Shown here piece by piece: positions 1-7,827 of a stretch of DNA of 27,611 bases. The notes below the pieces were generated by a model that was not told the DNA's origin, did not search any database, and was given only the letters and a program-made list of their open reading frames with translations. The position numbers and the translations under genes were made by a program. Positions within the stretch are counted from its first letter, which is position 1. Each line of letters opens with the position of its first letter. Source of the DNA: Candidatus Yanofskybacteria bacterium RIFCSPHIGHO2_01_FULL_39_8b (lineage in GTDB: Bacteria; Patescibacteriota; Minisyncoccia; 2-02-FULL-40-12; GWA2-44-9); assembly GCA_001794015.1 (NCBI GenBank), contig MGIZ01000020.1, forward strand, positions 9,876-37,486, read 5' to 3'.

Positions 1-1
1 T

Positions 2-340
2 CAAGTGCGAGATTTTATATATGCCGAAGATGCGGCCAGAGGAATGCTCCTGGCGGCAGAAAAAGGAGCCGGCCCAGTTAATCTTTGCAGTGGCAACCCG
101 ACATCCATTAAAGAGGTAATCGAGATACTAGCCAGAAATTCTGACTATAAGCCCATGATCGTATACGATACATCCAAGCCAGCCGGAGATCCAAAACGTC
201 TTTTAGATGTAAGCCGGTTAAAAGATTTGGGATTTAAACCCAAAACTACCCTGGAAGAAGGTATCGCAAAAACAACAAAATGGTACTTAGAAAACCCTGA
301 TTCTGATTTAGGACAATATAATATATTCAAGCAAAACTAA
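2..340 (+). CDS. NAD-dependent nucleotide-sugar epimerase/reductase (extended SDR, GDP-fucose-synthase-like), C-terminal part; 5'-truncated by the window edge
   Basis: The frame is open from base 2 (caa gtg cga gat ttt..., QVRDFIYAEDAARG). It has typical SDR epimerase C-terminal motifs: RDFIY.ED.A, VNLCSG..TSIKE, YDTSKP.G...R.LD...L..LGF.P...LEEGI..T..WY. Stop is TAA at 338-340. Confidence 0.85.
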   Translation, partial: QVRDFIYAEDAARGMLLAAEKGAGPVNLCSGNPTSIKEVIEILARNSDYKPMIVYDTSKPAGDPKRLLDVSRLKDLGFKPKTTLEEGIAKTTKWYLENPDSDLGQYNIFKQN

Positions 341-364
341 AAAAGCGGACTTAACCCGCTTTTT
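340..364. terminator. Intrinsic terminator, probably bidirectional
   Basis: AAAAAGCGG (340-348) and CCGCTTTTT (356-364) form a 9-bp inverted repeat with a 7-nt loop, immediately after the epimerase stop, with A/T runs on both sides. Confidence 0.75.
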
Positions 365-431
365 ATATTTTGCCTAGTCTAAAAAAATATGATATTAACA
401 TACCTAAACAAGCACTTTTAAAAAGGCCTTT

Positions 432-2558
432 ATGGCCCCAAAAACAATCCCGTTGAAAATTGCAACCGAGAGTCCGCCTTATCCAATAGCCACAAAACCG
501 CCACCCAAAACAATAAGAATCGGGCCGATCCAACTCAACAACAGTTTCTCCGGACAGTGCTATTTGCCCCTTTCGGTCGGAATGCTTCAGGCCTACGCGC
601 AAAAACATTTGTCTTATGCCGAATATTATGAATTCTTATTGGCTATTTATGACTTCGCGCCGATCTCCGAGATCGTAGACCAACTGGGCGACGCTGATAT
701 TCTGGCCATAAGTTTATATGTTTGGAACTTTGAAAATTCAATGGCTATCGCCAAAGAATTTAAGAGACGCTATCCAAACAGATTGGTTATAGTAGGCGGA
801 CCGCATGTTCCTGACAGCAAAAAACAATTTGAGAGAATAAAGAAAACCGACCCCAAGCCGGACGAACTGAAACGCAAAAGAATGGGGATGACCGAGAAAT
901 TCCACAGGGATCATCCTTACATTGACATTGCTTGCCATGGAGAGGGTGAAAGAGTGTTCAGATACATATTGGAACAATTGGCAATTGACGGTCTGAAAGA
1001 TAAGACAAAACTGCCCTCGGTAAGTTATCTTGAGCATGACGGGGCATTTTACCACAATTCCAAGCTTGAGCGAATGTTTGACTTGTCAAACACGCCTTCG
1101 CCGTATCTGAACGGAATTTTTGACCCCTTAATGAATACTCATCCTGACCAAAAATGGATCGCGATGTGGGAAACCGACCGGGGTTGCCCCTACCAGTGCA
1201 CTTACTGCGATTGGGGCGGTGCCATTGAAGATAAAATAAGCCCCTTTCCTTTGGAGAGAGTGGCGCGGGAAGCCGAATGGTTCGGGAAACACAAAATACC
1301 TTATATATTTCTGGCAAACGCCAATTTTACTATTTTAAAGGTGGATGTTGAAATAGCCAGAAAACTGGCCGAGGTTAAAGCAAAATACGGTTTTCCTGAA
1401 GGCATTTCCGTTCAGAATGCTAAAAACCCCAAGCCCCACGCCTTTGAAGCCCTGACCATCCTTGAAGAAGCCGGATTGAACAAAGCCACGGTTATGTCCA
1501 TTCAGTCCAAGAATTATGAAACATTGAAGGCCGTCCGCAGAGAAAATATGAAACCGGACGAATATAAACAGATCCAGATCAAATTAAGAGAAAAAGGCAC
1601 CTACACAACGACCGACTACATTTTTCCGATGCCAATGGAAACATACGAGAGTTTATTGAGCGGCATCGCCACAATCATATCCGAAGGACAGCACGACCGG
1701 ATCCAATTCAACAACCTTTCTATCCTGCCGAACGCAGAAATGGGCGATCCGGAGTATCAAGAATTTTATGGAATGGAAATGGTCAGAACGCCGATAACCA
1801 ACATCCACGGCAGGAAAAACGCCTCCGTCAGCAGTATTGAAGAAATGCAGGATCTGGTCATCGCGACCAACACCATGCCCCGCGTGGAATGGGTCAAAGC
1901 CAGGACCTTATGCTATGTGGTCGCATTTACCTATTTTAATAAGCTTCTTCAGGTACCGATAATGATATTGAATGAAATTTACGATATTCCTTATCGGGAT
2001 ACCTTTGAAGCATTGATGGAAAAGCCGAAGCAAACCAACAACTTACCTGTTTTTGGGGAAATACTGGATTTCTTCTGTTCTTTTTCAAAAGATATGCAGG
2101 ACGGAACACAAGAAGAATTCTTCCATTCTCCCGAATGTCTGGATATTCTATGGCCACCTGATGAGTACGCCTTAATTAAACTATGCCGAGAAAACAAGCT
2201 TGTAGAATTTTATAAAGAAGCGGAACAAATATTGACGCAACTTGTGGAACCGGACAAACCAATAGGGCCTCTGCTTGAAGCCGTGAAACTCAACCAGTCG
2301 CTTATCAAACTGCCATTTCAGACGACTGATGTGGAAATAATTCTGTCCTACAATATTTGGGAAACATACCAAGCCGCCCGCCTGGAACAGAAAATCAAAC
2401 TAAAACAAGAGGGTTGTCAATATATTATTGACCGCACAACTGAACGCTGGACCACCTGGGAAGAATGGTATGAAAAGATGGTTTGGTGGTGTAATCGCCG
2501 AGGCGCCTATCTCTACGGAAATAAAAATCCTCATACGGAAATTGCCGGACATCATTAA
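432..2558 (+). CDS. Cobalamin (B12)-binding radical SAM protein (class B-like), 708 aa
   Basis: N-terminal B12-binding domain features (YLPLSVGMLQAY, DILAISLYVWN, VIVGGPHV, DIACHGEGE) are followed by the radical SAM motif ETDRGCPYQCTYCDWG (CxxxCxxC) and core motifs (DANF-like ANANF, SIQS, DYIFPMPMET). Confidence 0.88.
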   Translation: MAPKTIPLKIATESPPYPIATKPPPKTIRIGPIQLNNSFSGQCYLPLSVGMLQAYAQKHLSYAEYYEFLLAIYDFAPISEIVDQLGDADILAISLYVWNFENSMAIAKEFKRRYPNRLVIVGGPHVPDSKKQFERIKKTDPKPDELKRKRMGMTEKFHRDHPYIDIACHGEGERVFRYILEQLAIDGLKDKTKLPSVSYLEHDGAFYHNSKLERMFDLSNTPSPYLNGIFDPLMNTHPDQKWIAMWETDRGCPYQCTYCDWGGAIEDKISPFPLERVAREAEWFGKHKIPYIFLANANFTILKVDVEIARKLAEVKAKYGFPEGISVQNAKNPKPHAFEALTILEEAGLNKATVMSIQSKNYETLKAVRRENMKPDEYKQIQIKLREKGTYTTTDYIFPMPMETYESLLSGIATIISEGQHDRIQFNNLSILPNAEMGDPEYQEFYGMEMVRTPITNIHGRKNASVSSIEEMQDLVIATNTMPRVEWVKARTLCYVVAFTYFNKLLQVPIMILNEIYDIPYRDTFEALMEKPKQTNNLPVFGEILDFFCSFSKDMQDGTQEEFFHSPECLDILWPPDEYALIKLCRENKLVEFYKEAEQILTQLVEPDKPIGPLLEAVKLNQSLIKLPFQTTDVEIILSYNIWETYQAARLEQKIKLKQEGCQYIIDRTTERWTTWEEWYEKMVWWCNRRGAYLYGNKNPHTEIAGHH

Positions 2559-2579
2559 ATATATTCATTTCTTGGTTTC

Positions 2580-2604
2580 AGAGCCTGAAAAATGGCTCTT
2601 TTTT
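2580..2604 (+). terminator. Intrinsic terminator after the radical SAM gene
   Basis: AGAGCC (2580-2585) and GGCTCT (2594-2599) form a stem with an 8-nt loop, followed by a T run to 2604. Confidence 0.6.
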
Positions 2605-2634
2605 ATTTATAAATAGACTTTCTGGGCAGTATCT

Positions 2635-2663
2635 TAGACAAGAATATATTTTTATATTAGGAT
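2635..2663 (+). promoter_or_regulatory. Putative sigma70 promoter of the glycosyltransferase
   Basis: TAGACA (2635-2640), 17-nt spacer, TAGGAT (2658-2663), ending 24 nt before the ATG at 2688. Confidence 0.5.
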
Positions 2664-2687
2664 AGCCTTATTAAGATTGCTAAATTT

Positions 2688-3761
2688 ATGGCTAAAGTCG
2701 GCATTATAATTATTACCATGGACAGATCGGATTTTCTTATCCGCCAGCTTCGGTATTATGCTGAATTAAGATCACCACATCCAATTTACATAATAGATTC
2801 GAGCACTAAAGAAACTTTTGAAAAAAACAAAAAAATAATAGACGAATTAAAAAAATATATCTCAGTTTATTATTATCATTACCCAAAAGAAGAATTTAGC
2901 CTCCTTCAGTGCCACAAAGAAATAAGATCTAAAGTCAAAGAAAAATATATTACATTTATAGGCGATGATGATTATCAGATTCCAAACTCCCTGACAAAAT
3001 GTGCCGAATTTCTTGAAAATAATCCAGATTATAGCACCGCTTCCGGCCTTGCAGTATCAATCCGTTTAATCGAGAATCGAATACATGGCTCATTGCAAAG
3101 AATATCAGACTATCCGAGACGAGAAGTTCTCTTTGATAATGCCTCCCAGAGGTTTGTTCATTTCATGGATAATTATTTTGTAAATATTTTTTCAGTAAGC
3201 AGAACCGACTTAATGCAAGAAATATTTAGCATAATCCCGCCTATAAAAGACAAGTCTCTTGAACAGGAAATCCTCCCCTGTTGTTTAATAACTATCTCGG
3301 GAAAGGCAAAATTATTAGATTGTCTGGGCTTTGTCCGCCAAATTCATGATAGCCACTACCCCTTGCCCGATGTATTTGATTGGCTATCCGGCATAAACTT
3401 CCATGAATCTTATTTACAATCACGCGATATTCTGGCTAAAGCAGTAGCTAAGAAAGATGGCATCGACTTTAGTCAAGCTCAAAAAATAGTCCGGCAAGGA
3501 TTCTGGCTCTATTCCAGAAAGTCCCTTATAAAAGAATACGACCAAGTGTTTCCTGTCCCGCGACAAATACCTGGTAAGATCGGCCTGAAAACCAAAATAG
3601 GCTTAAAATTTCCATTTTTAAAAAGAGTTTATCGAGCAACCATAAGGCCCTTGATCAGTAATTCAAAGCAACTGCACTATGAAGTGCTCCAGCCAAACTC
3701 AAAATACTATAAAGATTTCCGGCCAGTCATGGATTCTTTTCTGGGCAAAAATAATTACTAA
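2688..3761 (+). CDS. GT-A fold (GT2-related) glycosyltransferase, resembling the family often labelled TIGR00180-family glycosyltransferase
   Basis: N-terminal IIIITMDRSDFL.R.L.YY, IYIIDSS, and a DxD-type motif FIGDDDY...L..C..FLE.NPDYS.A.G. Confidence 0.75.
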   Translation: MAKVGIIIITMDRSDFLIRQLRYYAELRSPHPIYIIDSSTKETFEKNKKIIDELKKYISVYYYHYPKEEFSLLQCHKEIRSKVKEKYITFIGDDDYQIPNSLTKCAEFLENNPDYSTASGLAVSIRLIENRIHGSLQRISDYPRREVLFDNASQRFVHFMDNYFVNIFSVSRTDLMQEIFSIIPPIKDKSLEQEILPCCLITISGKAKLLDCLGFVRQIHDSHYPLPDVFDWLSGINFHESYLQSRDILAKAVAKKDGIDFSQAQKIVRQGFWLYSRKSLIKEYDQVFPVPRQIPGKIGLKTKIGLKFPFLKRVYRATIRPLISNSKQLHYEVLQPNSKYYKDFRPVMDSFLGKNNY

Positions 3762-3779
3762 TCCCACATATAGTGCTGG

Positions 3780-3809
3780 TTGACGATCATCTTCAAATTG
3801 ATATAAAAT
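3780..3809 (+). promoter_or_regulatory. Putative sigma70 promoter of gmhA-gmhB
   Basis: TTGACG (3780-3785) followed by TATAAA (3802-3807, 16-nt spacer) or TAAAAT (3804-3809, 18-nt spacer). It lies inside the track's N-terminal extension, which favours the ATG at 3842 as the real start. Confidence 0.4.
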
Positions 3810-3841
3810 CCGCATATAGTCTTTTTAACCACGCTCTGCCT

Positions 3842-4423
3842 ATGAGTATCGTTAAATCAATGCTAGCTTCCGTTGAAACTAAAATTAAACTGTTATCAGA
3901 CAGAGATTTTATAATAGAAATGGAAAAAATCGGCAGTCGGATGATTACATGTCTAAAATTGAGTAAAAAGATCTTAATCGCCGGTAATGGCGGTTCAGCC
4001 GCCGATGCCCAGCATTTTGCCGCAGAACTTGCCGGACAATTCGTTCATAAACGAAAAGGTCTTCCGGTTATAGCCCTAACTACTAACCCGTCAATAATTA
4101 CTGCCATCGGAAATGATTTCGGTTATGAATATGTGTTTTCAAAACAAATAGAAGGTCTCGGCAATCAAGGAGATATATTTGTTGGAATTTCGACAAGCGG
4201 TAATTCTCTTAATTTAATTAATGCCATGGATATCGCTAAAAAACAGGGACTGGTAACAGTGGGCTTTTTGGGTAGGGGTGGCGGACACATGAAGAATTTC
4301 TGCGACTTAAAGCTTATTGTTCCTTCCGATAATACCCAGCATATTCAAGAAGCTCATATTATGATTATCCATGAATTGTGTTCTCTCATCGACAATGCCT
4401 TTAAAAATCATGCCCAAGAATAA
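3842..4423 (+). CDS. gmhA: D-sedoheptulose 7-phosphate isomerase
   Basis: SIS-domain motifs GNGGSAADAQHFAAEL, TAIGNDFGYEYVFSKQ, ISTSGNS, TQHIQEAHIMIIHELC. The start is placed at ATG 3842 (MSIVKS); the track starts at GTG 3773. Confidence 0.93.
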   Translation: MSIVKSMLASVETKIKLLSDRDFIIEMEKIGSRMITCLKLSKKILIAGNGGSAADAQHFAAELAGQFVHKRKGLPVIALTTNPSIITAIGNDFGYEYVFSKQIEGLGNQGDIFVGISTSGNSLNLINAMDIAKKQGLVTVGFLGRGGGHMKNFCDLKLIVPSDNTQHIQEAHIMIIHELCSLIDNAFKNHAQE

Positions 4424-4961
4424 ACCATCCTCCAAATTTATAATCCTAGATCGTGATGGAACAATTATCGAAGATAGGGGCTATATTCACAAAATAAAAG
4501 ATATGAAATTTTTACCGGGAGCAGTGAGAGGACTAAAAAAACTTCAAAATGCCGGATTTAGATTTATAATAATTACTAATCAGGCCGGCCTAGCTAGGGG
4601 CATATATAATCATGCCCAATTCAATATTTTTAATCAGGAGCTAATTAAGCGTCTTGGGACTAAAAATATAAAGATTGAAAAAACATATTACTGCCCCCAT
4701 CATCCCGAATTTACAAGATCGTGTCGATGCCGAAAACCCAAAAAAGGAATGGTTCTTCAAGCAGCCAAAGAATTTGGGTTTAATATTTCCAAATGTGTTT
4801 ATATCGGCGATAAAGATTCGGATATGGAATTGGGTAAAAACTGTAAAGGCATCACTGTTTTAATAGAAAATTCTCAATATCCAAACCGTATTCAGCCAGA
4901 TTATAAAGCCAAAAATCTTTATCATGCATTTAAGGTTTTGGCGAAAACCAGAGTAATCTGA
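4410..4961 (+). CDS. gmhB: D-glycero-D-manno-heptose 1,7-bisphosphate phosphatase (HAD-IIIA)
   Basis: LDRDGTI (DxD), ITNQAG, Zn motif YCPH...CRCRKP, IGDKDSD. The start is placed at ATG 4410, overlapping the end of gmhA by 14 nt. Confidence 0.88.
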   Translation: MPKNKPSSKFIILDRDGTIIEDRGYIHKIKDMKFLPGAVRGLKKLQNAGFRFIIITNQAGLARGIYNHAQFNIFNQELIKRLGTKNIKIEKTYYCPHHPEFTRSCRCRKPKKGMVLQAAKEFGFNISKCVYIGDKDSDMELGKNCKGITVLIENSQYPNRIQPDYKAKNLYHAFKVLAKTRVI

Positions 4962-5001
4962 ACCATAAGAATACTTGGTGTTAAAATTGTTGATAGACCT
5001 A

Positions 5002-5030
5002 TTTGACACTTTTTGACACTTTTTGATACT
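5002..5030 (+). repeat. Three-unit 10-bp tandem repeat (TTTGACACTT, TTTGACACTT, TTTGATACT)
   Basis: Units start at 5002, 5012 and 5022. The first two contain a perfect TTGACA. Confidence 0.85.
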
Positions 5031-5032
5031 AT
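5003..5032 (+). promoter_or_regulatory. Strong sigma70 promoter with extended -10 for the sulfation/amidination operon
   Basis: TTGACA (5003-5008), 18-nt spacer, TACTAT (5027-5032) preceded by TGn (5024-5026). Confidence 0.6.
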
Positions 5033-5112
5033 CAACTTAACTTGATATAAATCTTAACTCCCCCCTGGCGGAGAGTTTAGGGTTAAGAAGTTGCCAATAA
5101 ACTTTTTACCAG

Positions 5113-7827
5113 ATGAAAAACTGTAAAATAATCGTCACCGTCGGACCGGCTACACATAGTCTAGAATCTTTAACCAAGATGAAGGATTTAGACGTCGACT
5201 TCATAAGAGTCAACATGTCTCATTCTTCAATAGATCATCTGAAAGATTTCATATCCTTATCCAAACAGGCAGGCTTACAATTTATAATTGATACCCAAGG
5301 TTCGCAAATCAGAACCAGTAATCTTGCTAGATCATTTATTGAGCTTAAAGAAGGGCAATATATAAAAATTTTTAATAAGCCGAGGCAGGATAAGAGAAGC
5401 GTCCAACTTTCCCTCACGCCCACCGGCATACTAGAACAGTTAGACCCGGGCGATATTGTTCATGTTGATTTTAATAGTCTGATTCTTAGAGTTAGCGATA
5501 CATCCAGCCTCTCAAGAGGCTATATTCTGGCTCAAGCTATAAGTGACGGCAAGGCAGGCAGTAACAAAGCTGTTGTTATTGATCCGGTATTTAAAAAGAA
5601 TTTTAATTTGCCTCCATTTAGTCCTGTTGACTACAAAGCTATCCGGATTGGTCTTGAAGAAAAGATAAACCACATAGCCGTTTCGTTCGTCAGAAAACCG
5701 GAAGATATCGATCTGGCAAGAAAAATTACAAACAATTCCATGAAAATAATATCCAAAATCGAGTGTATCGATGCTATAAAAAATCTTGAACCGATAATTA
5801 AAAAAACCGACTATATCTTAATAGACCGGGGAGATTTAAGCAAAGAGATGCCCCTTGCAGCAATTCCGATGGCCCAAAAATTAATTTTTGAAAAAGCCAA
5901 GAAATATAAAAAGGGGGTCTTTGTTGCAACTAACCTGCTTGAAACAATGGTTAATAATAAGAAACCGACTCGAGCCGAAATGAATGATATTGCAAATACA
6001 ATCTTAGACGGAGCTGCGGGATTGGCTTTGGCCGCTGAAACGGCAATCGGCAAATACCCGATTGAATCAATTATCGCTCTAAAAAAAGTTGTTAACTACA
6101 CCCAGCAGCCCAAGAAAGATTTACTAATCAATAATCCGCAGATCGTTGCACCTCATGGGGGAAAATTGGTGAACCTAATCCCCGATCAATTACCAAACAT
6201 GGAACATATTTCATCATTAAAAAAAATCGGCCTTGATCCTGAACGCCAAATGGATGTAGAACTTATGGGTACTGGCGTTTATAGTCCTCTGGAAGGATTT
6301 ATGGCCAAAAAAGATTTGGATAGCGTTGCTAACCGAATGAAACTTGCCAATGGCACGATCTGGCCATTACCGATAATACTCGACGTTAGCAAAGAAACCG
6401 CTGATAATTTTAAAATTGGCGAAATAATCGCCCTAACTGATGAAAATGATTCGATCATGGCATTACTGCATCTTGCCCAAAAATATCCCTTTGAGAAAAA
6501 AACAGTAATTAAAAAAATATTCGGCACAAACAATATGAGCCACCCCGGCGTTAAGATAATGAGTGGGATGAATGACTATCTCCTTGGAGGCAAAATAGAA
6601 TTATTAAGAAAAAGGGGGTCAGACACAAGAGAATATGAATTAACGCCAAGCCAAGTCAGAAAATTAATTGAAGAAAAGGGATGGTTGAAAGTAATCGGTT
6701 TTCACACTAGAAATGTCATCCATCGCAGTCATGAATTTATTCAGCTAGAGGCATTAAAAAAAGAGTTTGGAGACGGCTTATTCATTCACCCCGTCATTGG
6801 CAAGAAAAAACCGGGAGACTTTAATGCAAAATATATCATCCAATCCTATGAAACGATGATTAAAAATTTCTATCCCAAAGACAAGGTGGTATTTTCTGTT
6901 TTTCCAAGTTACTCCCGCTATGCCGGACCAAGAGAAGCTCTGTTTACTGCAATCTGCCGAAAGAATTACGGCTGTAGCCATTTCATGGTCGGCCGAGATC
7001 ACGCGGGAGTGGGTAACTTTTATAAACCGACCGCCTCGCATGATATTTTTGATAAATTCCCCGACCTTGGGATAAGGCCGATCAAATTTAATCAAGTCTT
7101 TTATTCCCGAAAATTGAAGAGATATATTCATGAAGGGGATATTCCGAACCATGATGAAAAAGATAAATTTTATATTAGCGGCACCCAGGCAAGAAAAATG
7201 TTTTTAAACGGCAAAAGACCTCCGGATTGGTTTATGCGGCCGGAAATATCTAACTCAATCGCCGCCGCCATAAAGAGGGGCGAGGAAATTTTCGTTAAAG
7301 AAAAACTCCCGGGGAAAATAATCTGGTTTACCGGTTTAAGCGGTTCTGGAAAAAGTACAATTGCGAATAGACTCTCGGAAAAACTTACTGAATTAGGGAA
7401 AAAAGTTTATATTATTGATGGCGATAACATACGAAAAAATATCAGCAAGGATCTCGGATTTGGTCGCGAAGATATACAAGAAAATAATAGAAGAATAGCA
7501 GAATTAGCCAAACAGAAAATAAAAGAATTTGACTTTATTCTAATTCCGATAATATCGCCCTATAGAGAAGACCGCCAAATGGCTAAGTCAATAATCGGCG
7601 ATCAAAAATTTATTGAATTATATGTAAATGCCCCCTTCAACGTTTGCGAAAAAAGAGATGTTAAAGGCTTATATAAAAAATATAAAGATGGCCAATTGGC
7701 ATTACTAATAGGAGCAGCCCAGCAAAACCCCTACGAACCACCGCTAAAGCCGGATATTGAAATTAAAACGTATAAAAATTCAATTAATAAATCTACTAAT
7801 AAAATATTGAGATGGTTAATAAAATAA
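5113..7827 (+). CDS. pyk-sat-cysC: Triple fusion, 904 aa: pyruvate kinase (A+B domains, no C domain) + ATP sulfurylase (Sat type) + APS kinase (CysC)
   Basis: PK part (about aa 1-330): TVGPA, RVNMSH, DTQGSQIRT, KIE, DRGDL, VATNLLETM, PTRAE..D.AN...DG, ETAIGKYP. Sat part (from about 6145): APHGGKLVNL, YSPLEGFM, WPLPI.LDV, HPGV, FHTRNVIHRSH, RYAGPREA, GRDHAGVG, ISGT..R. CysC part (from about 7309): WFTGLSGSGKST, DGD.IR, ISPY...R, RDVKGLY. It is one uninterrupted ORF. Confidence 0.93.
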   Translation: MKNCKIIVTVGPATHSLESLTKMKDLDVDFIRVNMSHSSIDHLKDFISLSKQAGLQFIIDTQGSQIRTSNLARSFIELKEGQYIKIFNKPRQDKRSVQLSLTPTGILEQLDPGDIVHVDFNSLILRVSDTSSLSRGYILAQAISDGKAGSNKAVVIDPVFKKNFNLPPFSPVDYKAIRIGLEEKINHIAVSFVRKPEDIDLARKITNNSMKIISKIECIDAIKNLEPIIKKTDYILIDRGDLSKEMPLAAIPMAQKLIFEKAKKYKKGVFVATNLLETMVNNKKPTRAEMNDIANTILDGAAGLALAAETAIGKYPIESIIALKKVVNYTQQPKKDLLINNPQIVAPHGGKLVNLIPDQLPNMEHISSLKKIGLDPERQMDVELMGTGVYSPLEGFMAKKDLDSVANRMKLANGTIWPLPIILDVSKETADNFKIGEIIALTDENDSIMALLHLAQKYPFEKKTVIKKIFGTNNMSHPGVKIMSGMNDYLLGGKIELLRKRGSDTREYELTPSQVRKLIEEKGWLKVIGFHTRNVIHRSHEFIQLEALKKEFGDGLFIHPVIGKKKPGDFNAKYIIQSYETMIKNFYPKDKVVFSVFPSYSRYAGPREALFTAICRKNYGCSHFMVGRDHAGVGNFYKPTASHDIFDKFPDLGIRPIKFNQVFYSRKLKRYIHEGDIPNHDEKDKFYISGTQARKMFLNGKRPPDWFMRPEISNSIAAAIKRGEEIFVKEKLPGKIIWFTGLSGSGKSTIANRLSEKLTELGKKVYIIDGDNIRKNISKDLGFGREDIQENNRRIAELAKQKIKEFDFILIPIISPYREDRQMAKSIIGDQKFIELYVNAPFNVCEKRDVKGLYKKYKDGQLALLIGAAQQNPYEPPLKPDIEIKTYKNSINKSTNKILRWLIK

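Noticed and set aside
3773-3841. N-terminal extension of GmhA from GTG 3773
   Set aside because: It is not GmhA-like and contains promoter-like hexamers. ATG 3842 gives a normal-length protein.
5023-5035. FNR box
   Set aside because: The spacing is TTGAT-N3-ATCAA, whereas FNR requires N4.
6145-7827. sat/cysC as assimilatory or dissimilatory sulfate reduction
   Set aside because: No cysH, apr, sulfite reductase or cysK is nearby, and a sulfotransferase follows directly.
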